64,000 bases of DNA from an uncultured Bacillota bacterium (lineage in GTDB: Bacteria; Bacillota; DTU025; MWDF01). Of this stretch, positions 1-11,457 are shown in pieces; the stretch's first letter is position 1, and each line of letters opens with the position of its first letter. The position numbers were made by a program, and so were the translations under genes. The stretch lies in the NCBI GenBank assembly GCA_963823655.1, contig CAWGMK010000006.1:333382-397381 (forward strand), read 5' to 3'. Below the pieces are notes generated by a model. It did not search any database, was not told the DNA's origin, and was given only the letters and a program-made list of their open reading frames with translations.

Positions 1-861
1 ACGCTGACTTCTATGGTTGACAACAGCGACAAAGTAGCAGCTTACATGGATTATTGTAGAAACAAGGGGACTAAGGTAGTACAGCCTGATGTGAATCTGT
101 CCGAGAGATATTTCACGGCAGAAGGCGGCTCAATCGCCATCGGATTGGCTGCCGTAAAGAATGTCGGCCTGAACGCAGCGGATGCGATAGTAGAGGAGCG
201 GGGGGCAAGGGGAGAGTTCAAGTCCCTTGCGGATTTCTGCGACAGGATCGATACCACGATGATCAACCGCAAGGCCATAGAAAGCCTGATCCAAGCGGGA
301 GCCTTCGACAAATTCGGCAGCAGGAAGGCGCAGCTTTCGGTGCTCGGCGGCATAATGGCGACGAATGTATCGAGGAACAGGGGCAGAGGAGACGGCCAAA
401 GCTCATTCTTCGACTTGTTCAACAAGCCTGAGGACTTCGGGGCAAGGTATGACAAGCTGCCCGATGTCGGGGAATTCACGAGTAAAGAAATGCTTGACAT
501 GGAAAAAGAGATGCTCAATATGTACGTAACCGGGCATCCGCTCGATGCCGTCTGGGGAAAGCTCTCCGGAATGGTTAAGCATAAGATACTTGATTTCTCC
601 GAGATGAAGGACGAGGACAATGTGGAATTCGCAGGCATGGTTATTGCGCTGAGAAGGACGATAACAAGATCGGGCAAGCCGATGGGATACTTAAGGATTG
701 AGGATATGGCAAGCTCAGTGGAAGTAGTCGTTTTCCCGACATTGTGGGAGCAGAGCAGCTCGTTGGCGACCGGTGAAGTCGTTATAGTAAATGGAAGGCT
801 TGATTCGAAGGAAGATTCTGTTAAAGTAATTGCAGACAGGATGAGAAGGGTGAAGTTCTAG
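1..861 (+). CDS. dnaE: DNA polymerase III alpha subunit, C-terminal part (5' truncated)
   Basis: PDVNLS, GLAAVKNVG (HhH), ESLIQAGAFD, EKEMLNMYVTGHPL and a C-terminal OB fold; frame open from position 1. Confidence 0.95.
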   Translation, partial: TLTSMVDNSDKVAAYMDYCRNKGTKVVQPDVNLSERYFTAEGGSIAIGLAAVKNVGLNAADAIVEERGARGEFKSLADFCDRIDTTMINRKAIESLIQAGAFDKFGSRKAQLSVLGGIMATNVSRNRGRGDGQSSFFDLFNKPEDFGARYDKLPDVGEFTSKEMLDMEKEMLNMYVTGHPLDAVWGKLSGMVKHKILDFSEMKDEDNVEFAGMVIALRRTITRSGKPMGYLRIEDMASSVEVVVFPTLWEQSSSLATGEVVIVNGRLDSKEDSVKVIADRMRRVKF

Positions 862-880
862 GAATTGGGAGGGACGACCT

Positions 881-1084
881 ATGTGGGTAGTCATTCACGT
901 AGCTCCGAATAAAATGGAAGCGGAGATAATCAAATCGGTCCTTGAGGCGGAGAACATTATGGTTAACTTGATGTCGGCTTCTGTGCCGCATCTTGGGGAC
1001 CTTGGTCCTGTTGAGGTCATGGTGCTTGAGAGTGAACTCGAGTTCGCCCAGGAAGTCCTGGAGGGGAAAGCGGACCTGATTTAG
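881..1084 (+). CDS. DUF2007-like small protein
   Basis: 67 aa with EAEIIKSVLEAENI...GPVEVMV pattern; GGGAGG RBS; follows dnaE as in many Clostridia. Confidence 0.7.
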   Translation: MWVVIHVAPNKMEAEIIKSVLEAENIMVNLMSASVPHLGDLGPVEVMVLESELEFAQEVLEGKADLI

Positions 1085-1105
1085 GCAAGCCGCAGCCAAT
1101 GCTGC

Positions 1106-1134
1106 TTGACGCGGCCCTGGCTTGCAGTTATATT
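1106..1134 (+). promoter_or_regulatory. sigma70/sigmaA promoter of the tRNA
   Basis: TTGACG-17 bp-TATATT ending 10 bp before the tRNA. Confidence 0.75.
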
Positions 1135-1144
1135 TTCTATGTGG

Positions 1145-1230
1145 GCCGAAGTGGCGGAACGGCAGACGCAGTTGACTCAAAATCAACCGAGTGAAAGCTC
1201 ATGCGGGTTCAAGTCCCGCCTTCGGCACCA
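1145..1230 (+). tRNA. tRNA-Leu(CAA)
   Basis: Acceptor stem GCCGAAG/CTTCGGC, anticodon arm GTTGA-CTCAAAA-TCAAC, long variable arm, GGTTCAAGTCC T-loop, encoded CCA. Confidence 0.97.
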
Positions 1231-1251
1231 ACAATATTGAAGCGATGTTCG

Positions 1252-1282
1252 AAAAGGGGTGACGTGAAGTCGCTCCTTTTTT
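1252..1282 (+). terminator. Rho-independent terminator after tRNA
   Basis: AAAAGGGGTGAC-loop-GTCGCTCCTTTT hairpin followed by a T run. Confidence 0.75.
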
Positions 1283-2130
1283 GTTGCTTCGAATGTAAAG
1301 CAAAGTGATTGCCCCCTCGGTTCCAGTTATTGGGACTTCAAATAACCCAATAATCAATAGATGACATAAGTTTTCGACAATTGAATTTGTGAACAGGGAT
1401 ACTAAGCAAATGCAAGTAAAGCGACATTTATTTGGGAAAGAATTTTAGAAAATCCCGAAAGCTGGAAGGAGATAAACAGAATAAATAGAAATATATAAAT
1501 ATAAATGATTATTATAATGAAATAATGAATAAATAAAGAAAGGAGGATGGTATAAGTCAGTTGCTATACCGAAAAGCTGGAGTTGTTCATTGCATTCCTA
1601 CCAAATAAGAAAGGAGGTTCGATGAATATGAATGATGCAAAGATTCATTGAAGCTTTTGTTGGTGATAGTAGGTTGTTTGTCCTGTGATCCTTGTGAACG
1701 CCGAGCCGGGCGTGCAGAATGGAAACTCGCTGTCCATAGTTGAACCAGCAGGCGGGGCATATGTAATCGTGACTAAACTTGACGTCGGGGTTCTCCATTT
1801 CAAATATGGATGGAATAACGCAAAGCAATTTGAAATCTCCTGCTCTTGGCTATTGGATTGGCGTATATGATATCAACAGCCTCACATTACGATTGGGTTG
1901 ACAGAAGACGTATTTGTTGAACCTAATCCAAAAATGCTAAAGCTATTTCCATCGATACTGCATCTGATCCGGGTCATGAATATGCCATAAACTTCTTCGT
2001 GCGTGATTTTACAAACAGCCCATCGTCACCAATATGAGCATTCTGCAGCTCTTCTTACCGCAGCTTCTTAAACGCAATTAATGGGCAAATTCTAAGAGCA
2101 GAATTCTAAATACAAATGAGTATCAAAGTC

Positions 2131-2161
2131 AGCAATGGGCGGTTTACAACTGCCCATTGCT
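2131..2161. repeat. Inverted repeat, possible terminator
   Basis: AGCAATGGGC...GCCCATTGCT perfect 10-bp arms. Confidence 0.5.
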
Positions 2162-2703
2162 TAATCAATATTGAGCAAGGTACGCACAGTGATCCTATTA
2201 TGAAATTCCAATCTATGACAATATCATTTGCAAAAGACACCTTATCATGGATATTTTCGACAACTTGGGAATGAATTCACGACCGTCCTATAGATTTCCC
2301 CATTCCTTCGGTAAGTTCACTATTTCAGCATTGTAGTCAATTTCGCTCGCAACAGTTACTTGGCCGGGGTAATACCAATCATATGATTACATCTCCTTTT
2401 TGGCGCAGATAATTCGGCAGAATATTCGGATATTTAGCCATATCTCGATTTCATATAACTTTTGTGGAAAGAAACGCTTAACAATGAAATGCCAACGAGT
2501 TTCGGGAATCAGGAAAGTCAATTTCGTTTTGGTACCACCGGCTTCATAGCAAATGCACAACGAATTAGCGCAATATCTGCCAAGGTTGATTAGTCTGCCG
2601 GTGACGCTGAGGAAGCGCTTTTAACCAATGGATTTTATCTGCAGCCAAATATACAATATGATTAGCGTCAGAGAAAGAAGCTGTCCTAAGCGGATACGCT
2701 GAC

Positions 2704-3297
2704 CACCGTAGGTGGCGAAGCAGGTAGCGGCAATCAGTCCGGCCAACCCGTCCAGGCCGTCGGTGAAGTTGACTGCATTGGACATACCGACGATAATGAC
2801 GACCGCGATCGGGATATACCAGAAGCCTAAGGAGATGGGCTTGTCGTAGGTGGGCCAGAAAAGCTGGGGTACATCCAGCAGGTAGCGCAGGGAATAGGCG
2901 ATGGCGGTGGCGAAAATGAGCTGGAAGATGAACTTGGTGCGGGCGCGCATCCCAAGCCCGCGCCGCGGCCCGCGGATACCTTCCCAGTCATCGATCGCGC
3001 CTAACACGCCAAAGCCCAGCATGCAGGCCAGAGGTACGATAACTGAACGGCCCAAAACCTTCAAACCCAACAGGGTGGTGGCATTCAACAGCACGGTCAG
3101 CATGGTACCGGCAGCAGGATCATAACGCCGCCCATGGTGGGAGTGCCCATCTTGGTGAAGTGACGGTCTGGACCTTCGACGCGGATCAATTTGCCGATTT
3201 TGAAATGGCGCAGCACGCGCAGTAGCGGGTCACCCCAGATGACTGCCAGCATAAAGCTCAAGCTGGAGAGCGTAAGCGCCAGGGAGGTATCTTTCAT
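2704..3297 (-). CDS. mraY: Phospho-N-acetylmuramoyl-pentapeptide transferase, frameshifted and 3' truncated at a junction
   Basis: KMGTPTMGG, GAIDDW, NAVNFTDGLDGL motifs; homology stops after ATCFATYGG. Confidence 0.92.
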
Positions 3298-4726
3298 AGT
3301 AGGCCTCCAATGCGGTGACAATGCGGCCCATGTTCATGCCATGCGCGCCTTTAATCAGGCATACATCACCCTGGCGCAGGGTCTGGCGCAGCACAGCGAT
3401 TGCATCCATCATCCGGAACGTTGATAATCGCGATCTTTGAAAAACCGGCTGTCATGGCGGTATCGGCAATCATGATGCTTTTTTCACCGACCGTGACCAG
3501 CACGTCGACCACTTCCGCCACGCGCCGCCCGACCAGCTCATAGCCTTGCTGTTCATACTGGCCTAACTCGCGCATCTCGCCTAAGACAGCGATCTTGCGG
3601 CCTTGCAGCTCATACAGCAGGTTGAGGGCAGCCAGGACCGACTCGGGCGAGGCATTATAGGTGTCATCCAACAGCATCGCGCCGTTGATCGACTGAACAG
3701 CGGTCAGGCGCAACTGGGTGTTTCCCTGCTGCAGCCCGTCGACGATCTCTTCCCAGGTCAGCCCTTCCACCAGTCCAACTGCGGCGGCGCGTAAGGCCGT
3801 GTGAACCGAGTGCCGCCCAATCAGGGGAACGCGCAAATGAGGGTTTCATTATGGTAGTGCAGCCGGAAACGAATGCCTTCCAGTCCCAAACCTTCGATGT
3901 CATCCGCCCACAAATCGGCTCTGGGGTCCAATCCGTAATAGAAGACCTGGGCCTGGGTCTGTTCTGCCATCGGGCGCACCCAGGGATCGTCATAATTCAA
4001 GATCGCCACGCCCCCCTGGGAGCCGGCGGCAAGCGATTGCACCAGTTCGGCTTTACCGCGGGCGATGGCTTCTTGCGATCCGGCTCGTTCGGCATGAACT
4101 GTGCCAATATTGGTGATCACGCCCACCTGCGGCAGGGCCAGGTCGCATAGGAAGGCGATTTCGCCGGGAACATAAAAACCCATTTCCAGAACGGCGCGTT
4201 CATACCCGCTGGAGAGGCGCAGCAAGGTCAAGGGCAGGCTGATTTCGTTGTTCAGGTTGCCAGGGTTTTTCAGGGTGCGATAGCGCTGGCTGAGAACTTC
4301 GGCCACCATTTCTTTGGTGGTGGATTTTCCCACACTGCCGGTAATGCCGATCACGCGGATCATGCGGTAATTTGCGCCGCCAGAAGCGGGCAATATGTTG
4401 GAATGCTTCCAGGCTGTTGTTTACCCACAAGCAAAAGGCGGCTCTGGCAGGCTAAAGCTGGCTGGCAGCTCGCCCTGGCGCAGGTCGATCACCGGGATAC
4501 CCTGTACTGGTCACATCGCGTTGGACCAGCGCGAGGTGTGCACCACGCTTGAAAGCCGCAGCGACGTAATCATGCCCATCGACGCGTTCGCCCGGCAGTG
4601 CGACAAACAGCGCTGCCGGGATAACCTGGCGGGAATCGATGGCCGCCTCGCTGATGATCAGGGCGGCGCATCGATGCGGGTGCCGGTCAGGGCTTCAAGA
4701 ACATCTGCCAGGGTCAGCACGATCAT
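3294..4726 (-). CDS. murF: UDP-MurNAc-tripeptide:D-Ala-D-Ala ligase (several frameshifts)
   Basis: GITGSVGKSTTKE, GNLNNEI, DDTYNASPES, VLGEMRELG spread over ORFs 3821-4393, 3366-3836, 3230-3412. Confidence 0.92.
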
Positions 4727-4734
4727 TGTTACCT

Positions 4735-6517
4735 CTATTTTCCTGTAAACTGCTGTCGCATTTCATCGGGCGGCAGGTTCAATAAAACAACCAGATTTTG
4801 TAGCGACTTCACTAAAAACGGGGCCGCGACAATGGAGCCCCAGATAGAGCTTTGTGGTTTTTCAAGCCAGATATAGACCAAGAAACGGGGTCGCTCAACC
4901 GGGCCCCAACCCACAAAGGAAGCATTGGTCTCACCGCTGGTATAACCGTAAGGGCTAGGGATTTCACCGGTACCGGTCTTGCCGGCCACCCGGTAACCCG
5001 CCACCAGCGCGTGAGGCTTCTTCTTCCAGGGAAGTGGCTAGCATCTCGGTAATGACGCGCGAGGGTTTTGGCTGTGATCGGCTGCCCGACTACCTGGGGC
5101 GTGTTGTTGTACTGGCGTCCGTCTTCGATGACCGATTTCAGCACATGAGGGGCCATCATTTTGCCGTCATTGGCCAGCGCTGATACCGCCATGATCATCT
5201 GGATGGGGGTGACTGCAACGCCTTGACCAAATGAATTGGTGCCCAGGTTGACCGGGTACCAGTTGGGGTCGCCGGGCAGAGCCAGCGGCCAAACGACTTC
5301 GCCACCCAGATCGATATTCGTTTACGATGCCCGATCCCGAAAGCCTGCATGTACTCATAAAAACGGGTGGGACCCATTGGGTGGCAATCCAGGCCAGACA
5401 AACATTCAACGAGTGCTGCATACAGCCGGTCATGTTCTGGGGTCCCCAGGCACCGCGGTCCCAGTTGTAAATGCTGATACCGCCCACTTCAATGAGCCGG
5501 TATCAAGGAAAGAGGTTTCGGGATTTACCGCGCCGGAATCCAGGGCAGCCGCCATGGTGAAGTACTTTAAAAACAGAACCCGGTTCATAAGTCTGCTCCG
5601 ACTGCCCGGTTAAGGGGGTCGGTTTAGGGAAGAATTGTGTCGTACTTCCAATATTTGTTCGGATTTAAGCCGGGCTGTGGTGGCCATCGCCAGGATATCG
5701 CCGGTTTTAGGGTCGGTAATAATGATGGTACCGGACTTCGGCTCCGCTGTTTTCTATATGCCTTATCCAGGACCTGTTCGGCCATGGCCTGAATTTCTCG
5801 GTCGATGGTAAAACCAGGCTGGCTCCCGGGGGAACGGTGGGCAATTCCTTAATCAGGTAAGGGTCTTTCGGGACCATAATTTCCTGCGGCATTGCCTGCC
5901 AGAAGGTCATTATACTTCTCTTCAACCCCAAAATAACCCTGACCTTTTTCGCGATCGCTGAAAGGAATAAAACCCGAGGATATTGGAAGCCAGTGATTTT
6001 TCAGGGTAGCTGCGCATCAGGTGAGGTGTCCACACCAATCCGATCAGGCTGGGCATTTGTTCCCCAGAGCGGGTTGATGTTTGATCGTTGTATTTGGTTT
6101 TCAGGTCGGCCAGTTTTTCAATCTTGTCTGCTGTGACAAAATCGGCCACTACCAGGTATTCTTGTTTACCCGCTTCAAATTTTGAGCTGATCTGTCCGAA
6201 GATTTTGGCATAATCCAGATCAAGGACCGTAGCGAGAGGTGGAGGCAATCGTTTCAGGGCTGCGAACATAGCGCAGGTCAACACCGACTTCGTAGACTTC
6301 GGTGTTGCCAGCCAGAAGATGGCCCCATCGATCATAGATACTGCCGCGTTCCGGGTAAATCTTACGGCGCTTCATATTGGTACTGTTGGCCGACTTCACC
6401 GATCTCTTTCCGCTGAGCGCTGGATTGGATGCGCACCATCTGAAGGATGATAAGGGCAGCCAGAATCGAGAAAAAGATCCCCAATAAACGGAAACGGAAA
6501 AACGGAGAGGATTTCAT
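4735..6517 (-). CDS. ftsI: Class B penicillin-binding protein (FtsI/PBP2 family), multiple frameshifts
   Basis: RSYPEKSLASNILGF, HSLNV (SxN), VAGKTGTGE (KTG); dcw position. Confidence 0.88.
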
Positions 6518-6993
6518 TTGGTCACTCCTCCGGTTGTGTCGTTAAAACTCAATATTCCCTGGAACAACCACTCCCACAGAGATTGGGTGTACCCCGGCTT
6601 AATCACCGGTCGCTTGATCATATCCGGGCTCGGTGGGGGAGCAAGAACGATGGGTTGACGGCCTGGGTAGCCTTTTACCACCAGATATGTGGAGGTGGTT
6701 GCATCTGTGTCGACAAAGCCAAGATCTTCAGCCCGTTTTTCCATCACATCTTGCGAGGTGAGCAGGGCCAGTTTATTGCGAGCGTCGGCGATTTTCCGCT
6801 GGCTGGTTTCTTTGGCTGCTTCCAGGGTCTGAATTTCCAGACCGGCTGTAGCTGCCTGGGCTGAGATATTCAGGTAAACCACGGCGACACAGACTGCTGC
6901 TACCAGGCCAAGCAAAAACAGACCACTCCACTGGAGCTGGGTCCGCCAGGGGGCTTGACGATATGCCTGGATAAATCGATTGGTGAAGTCCAT
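6514..6993 (-). CDS. FtsL-like cell division protein
   Basis: Single TM helix then coiled coil, AEDLGF; lies between rsmH and PBP. Confidence 0.65.
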   Translation of the reverse strand: MDFTNRFIQAYRQAPWRTQLQWSGLFLLGLVAAVCVAVVYLNISAQAATAGLEIQTLEAAKETSQRKIADARNKLALLTSQDVMEKRAEDLGFVDTDATTSTYLVVKGYPGRQPIVLAPPPSPDMIKRPVIKPGYTQSLWEWLFQGILSFNDTTGGVTK

Positions 6994-7050
6994 TTCCTAC
7001 CCTGATTTCAAAAATTGTATTACCCAAATCGTATGCAACAGTCGTGCCAG

Positions 7051-8004
7051 TTAGATTTTCTCAGCTACTCTCAGGTGAGCGCTGCGCGCTCGCGGATTTT
7101 CTTGTTTTTCTTGTTCAGATGCATCTACCGGGTGCCGGACAATCTCGCGGATGCTGGCTTTATGACCGCATGTGCAGACCGGTTGCTGGGGTGGGCAGAT
7201 GCAATCTCGGCTTTCCAGGCGAAAGTACTGCTTAACCAGGCGGTCTTCCAATGAATGAAACGAGATAACCGCTAACCTGCCGCCCACAGCCAGGGCCTTC
7301 ACGGCCTGGGGTAGAACCTCTTCAATGGCTTGCAGCTCACCGTTGACGGCAATTCGCAAGGCCTGAAAGGTCCTCGTGGCGGGATGGAGCCGCCCACTCT
7401 GCCGTCCGGCTGCACGCCGGATTACCTCTGCCAGCTGCCGGGTGGTTTCCAAAGGTCTGGCCTGTACGATTACTCTGGCAATCCGGCGGGACAGCTTTTC
7501 GTCCCCGTACCGCCAGATAATATCTGCCAGCTCATTTTCTGGCAGGTCGTTCACCAGATCGGCTGCTGTAACCGGCTGGAGGGGCGAGAACCGCATGTCC
7601 AAAGGACCATCAGATTGGAAGGAAAAACCCCGTTCGGGTGTATCAAGCTGCATCGAGGAAACACCTAAATCGATCACCACACCATCCACTTTATCCCACC
7701 CAAGCTGGTGCATTTGCTCCAGCAAGGTGGTGTAAGAAGCCTGCACGAGGACAACCCGGTCCTTAACATTTGCAAGGCGCTGGCTTGCGAGGGCCAGCGC
7801 CTGGGGATCAAGATCCAGACCTAGTAATTTGCCATCAGGCGCACTTGCCTCTAAAATCCCCAGGGCGTGTCCCCCAGCTCCGACGGTGGCATCGATGTAA
7901 CGGCCGCTGCTGTGTGGGCTTAAGAACGCTATGATTTCTTGGTAAAGTACCGATTGGTGGGCCGGTTTTTGGTGGTCGTCCAACTGATGATCGTTGTTTG
8001 TCAT
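7051..8004 (-). CDS. rsmH: 16S rRNA m4C1402 methyltransferase
   Basis: [49 protein letters not shown]. Confidence 0.97.
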   Translation of the reverse strand: MTNNDHQLDDHQKPAHQSVLYQEIIAFLSPHSSGRYIDATVGAGGHALGILEASAPDGKLLGLDLDPQALALASQRLANVKDRVVLVQASYTTLLEQMHQLGWDKVDGVVIDLGVSSMQLDTPERGFSFQSDGPLDMRFSPLQPVTAADLVNDLPENELADIIWRYGDEKLSRRIARVIVQARPLETTRQLAEVIRRAAGRQSGRLHPATRTFQALRIAVNGELQAIEEVLPQAVKALAVGGRLAVISFHSLEDRLVKQYFRLESRDCICPPQQPVCTCGHKASIREIVRHPVDASEQEKQENPRARSAHLRVAEKI

Positions 8005-8445
8005 GGTTGCGGCATGGATAGGTCGAGCGCAGCAAATCGCTGCGTATTCGCATCATCAGCGCTGATTACTTCATTTTGCCGGTCCCATACTTCTTCTGAC
8101 CAGACCTCAAAGTAATCTCCTACACCCACCACCACTACATTGCTGCCTAACTTGGCCGCTTCCCGTAGATACTGTGGAATCAAAACGCGTCCGGCCCGGT
8201 CAAACTCCAACCGTTCTGCGTTTGAGAAAAGAAAACGTTTCAACTGGCGTGCATTCGGGTCGGTCATATTCATCTGGTTAACCCGTGCCGACAGGCTGGT
8301 CGAAATGGGAGGTAGTCAGGACCATCAGGTTATTATCGAAACCAGTGGTAATATAAGCGCCATCCTGGAGCAGTTCGCGATAACGGGCAGGAACAGTCAT
8401 GCGTCCTTTTTCATCGATAGCGTGTTCATACTGCCCCAAGAACAT
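8001..8445 (-). CDS. mraZ: Division/cell wall cluster repressor (one frameshift near 8300)
   Basis: [20 protein letters not shown]-terminus and second DRAGRVLIP repeat. Confidence 0.93.
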
Positions 8446-8490
8446 AATTTCTACCTTCCCTATAATGGTGGAACGCCGGGGTTACCGGCG

Positions 8491-8520
8491 CTCCACTTTC
8501 ACCCACTTCATTCCACTTAT
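8491..8520 (-). promoter_or_regulatory. MraZ operator (three GTGG boxes, 10-bp period)
   Basis: Minus strand ATAAGTGGAA-TGAAGTGGGT-GAAAGTGGAG upstream of mraZ. Confidence 0.75.
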
Positions 8521-8725
8521 ACTCACATTGTAATGGAATCGTAAGCTTTTTACAAGTAGTTTCGACACTTTTGTAAGACGAATAATCCAGTCATCTAATA
8601 ATTAAAAGTTTCGAAACAGGTGTCCAAATCGAGGGGTAAGGTGGAGCAAGAAAATAAAAATGTGGATTTTTTTTTGGAAAAATCCACAATATTTTGTCGT
8701 TGGAACTGCGTCGATAGCTTTTCTA

Positions 8726-9034
8726 TTACGATCTCCGCGGGTTCTTGCGATCATGTCTAATTCTTGGATAAGCGGTTGCAAGTTTTCTGGTATCAGTGGA
8801 GGCGTTCATTTCGACCGTATGGCTGCGTTCCCCATCTGTGACGGTAAGGCGGTAATGGAACATGTCTGGTCCGGAGGGAGCCGCATTGAGCGACTGAGGC
8901 AAATCGAAAAAATTTGATCCATAGATCATTTCTTTCAACGGATCTGCTTTCTGAGGAGGAAGATCCTCCGTATCCAGCGTCGTTTGAACTCGCATGCCTG
9001 CAAATCCCCCATGTCGTTCAAAATAGATTTGCAT
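8726..9034 (-). CDS. Emfourin (protealysin inhibitor)
   Basis: MQIYFERHGGFAG N-terminus and PDMFHYRLTV; directly downstream of an M4 protease. Confidence 0.88.
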   Translation of the reverse strand: MQIYFERHGGFAGMRVQTTLDTEDLPPQKADPLKEMIYGSNFFDLPQSLNAAPSGPDMFHYRLTVTDGERSHTVEMNASTDTRKLATAYPRIRHDRKNPRRS

Positions 9035-9077
9035 GGCCGATCCTGCCTTTCTTTACTAACTACTGATCCTTAAATTA

Positions 9078-9124
9078 TTTATTATTGGCTGCGGCTGGCT
9101 GCGCCAACTGCAGCCAATAATAAA
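9078..9124. repeat. Hairpin element, copy 1
   Basis: TTTATTATTGGCTGC...GCAGCCAATAATAAA; 33-bp core similar to 10534-10566. Confidence 0.7.
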
Positions 9125-9151
9125 ATACTATTTTTCAAGTCAGGTTCTCAA

Positions 9152-10304
9152 TCATTTACTGGAACGCGGCCGGAACATACTAAGCAGAGAGGTCAGGCAG
9201 CCTGATGGTTGGCTGTCACCGCCATTATTTCCGCCACCCGAATTGACGGCGGTGATGCCAACTTCGCTCCAGCCTTTCTTTACCGCCTGCTGCTCCAGGC
9301 TATTCACCCCATACAATTCACCCGCGATCGCTGTAATATGTTGGCCGCGACTTGAAACGTAGCATTGGCAGGCAGCCTTTTTTGCATGGCGCGTACCAGA
9401 TATGTCCGGCTGTTTCCCAGGCATTTCCGCCAATTCCAGCGGCGGTCACATAAAAGCGTGGTTGGGTATGCCGCAGTTAATATGCACACCGCCATTATCC
9501 TCGACTGTGTTGACATAACCACTCATGGTTGCAGGTTGAGGATCTTTCCCCAAAACAGGGTCATCATAAGCGCTGCCAGGCGCTTTCATTGAACGCACAC
9601 CCAAGCCTTTGACATTCGCCGTAAAGAGGCCTTCCCCGATAATCCAATCCGCCTCGGCCGCGGTCTGGCGGGGTATATTGTTTGGCCAGCGAACCAAACA
9701 CATCCGAGAAGATCGTTCAAGGCGCCAGATTGACCGGAATATATCAGGGCAGCTTCATATTGCATAACTCCATGGGTCAGCTCATGGCCAATCACATCCA
9801 ATGCAACCGTAAAGCGGTTGAAGATACGCTGGTCGACCGGTAAATCTTCATCCCCATCGCCATAAACCATCTGCTCGCCATTCCAGAAAGCATTATCAAA
9901 GCTTTTCAGGTAATGAACGGTCGAGTCAATCCGAGTCCATTATTGTCAATGGAATTCCGCTGGTAAACTGTTGGTAAAAATCATAGGTGCTTCCAGCCCC
10001 ATCGTAAGCTTCATTAACAGCTGGATCCGCAACCGCAGGATCGCCTTCACGCCGGACGACCAGTCCTGGCAGCATTCCTCCTTGTTGGGCATCGTAGACA
10101 ATACGCTGCTCGCCCGGATCGCCGCTTTCGGCGACCAGATTTTCTTCGAACCGGTGCTAATCTGGTCGCGTTCATCCTGCATTTGTGATGTGATCCGCAT
10201 GGTCTTAATGGCCCATTCCCGCTGGTCAGGGGTTCCGCTATCGATGATTTTCCGCATCATATAAGGTGGAATGATACAGAAAATGGGTTTATATCTGCTG
10301 ACAT
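9152..10304 (-). CDS. Protealysin-like M4 metalloprotease (multiple frameshifts)
   Basis: Propeptide CIIPPYM, NAFWNGEQMVYGDGD, HELTH, QSGALN, DNGGVHINCGIPNHAF. Confidence 0.9.
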
Positions 10305-10530
10305 GAGCTGCTCCTTATCCCCTGGTTCATGGTATGAAGGTTCGACGACCAGTCGGTAAACCATGCTCACTCGTTTTCAGTATAGAGCGGAGGCATGGGC
10401 GTGTCAAGGAAAGCCAGGTTTCCGCATTAAGAAGTGTTTTTTGCACCAGTTACCCGTTTCAAAACCATTTCTCCCACCCTACCTTTACGGTAGATGGGAT
10501 TGACCCAAGCACTTATCCAAAAATTATTGA

Positions 10531-10569
10531 TAGTTGGTTGCGGTTGGTCGCGCCAGCCGCAACCAACTA
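10531..10569. repeat. Hairpin element, copy 2
   Basis: TAGTTGGTTGCGG...CCGCAACCAACTA. Confidence 0.7.
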
Positions 10570-10699
10570 AACAATACTTGTTTTCGGATAGGTTCCAATG
10601 GACCGTCCACGCTCAATAAGCCGGTTTATCTTGTATCCAGCCAGATCCAAAACGTTTGGAGCTCTGTCAGGCCAATTTCAAGATTTCAGTGGCTGGAGC

Positions 10700-11147
10700 T
10701 GATCTTTCATTTCGCGGTAAGCCCTCCTCCGGCTCTTCATGCGGAAAAATGCCCCTGCCATAAATCCTACTGCGGTAAGAGCGGCCATCCACATTTTGGT
10801 AATATCGATGACCGGTTCAACTCGAACACCCGTGGAGATGCAATAATGACTGCAACAGGGCGAGATAGAACTCTTCCACCCCCACCACCGCCGCTGCCGC
10901 CGCCGTATGCCTGCTCGGGTTTATCGGGCTGTTTTTCGCCCACTCCACCGCCGGAGCCGAAGCCAAAACCCAGACCGCTGAGAATTTCTGCGGTGGGGAT
11001 GATCATGGTGTCGCCATGGGTTACCGGTTGTCCGTAAGCGGCTTCAACCCTGGCCGCATTTAAGAATTTATCCAGTGTTTCTTTGGTGGCTTCGACTGAT
11101 TCCTTCGCGTTAACATAATTTTCGGGTCATTGTTTGGATTTGGTTCA
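10700..11147 (-). CDS. GerW/YtfJ-like protein (frameshifted, ends approximate)
   Basis: AAYGQPVTHGDTMIIPTAE..GFGFGSGGG..GGGGGG..RPVAVII. Confidence 0.7.
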
Positions 11148-11148
11148 T

Positions 11149-11418
11149 TCATGGTAAAACCTCCTGATAAACATTATGCCCAGGAAACCCAGGCCAACCA
11201 TCATCAATTGCGCCAGGCGAGTAAATCAAGACTGCCAGGTTTTGTTCGCTGCCATCCTGTTCCTTAACCGTAACCCCTACCGGACGGTGCCAGATAAAAC
11301 CCAGATGGGCTACTGGCAGCCGGATCGAAAACACCTGTGAATGGGGATAATGGTTCTATTCCCTGCGCTTACCGGGTTTCCGGTCAAGGTTTGGACTTGT
11401 ACGGGAAAATCGGGCATG
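11149..11418 (-). CDS. Small hypothetical membrane protein (frameshifted)
   Basis: GGAGG RBS before ATG at 11418; GFIWHRPVGVTV; apparently co-transcribed with the GerW-like gene. Confidence 0.45.
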
Positions 11419-11457
11419 CGATCACCTCCCAGGTCGAATATATTATAATTGTATAAC

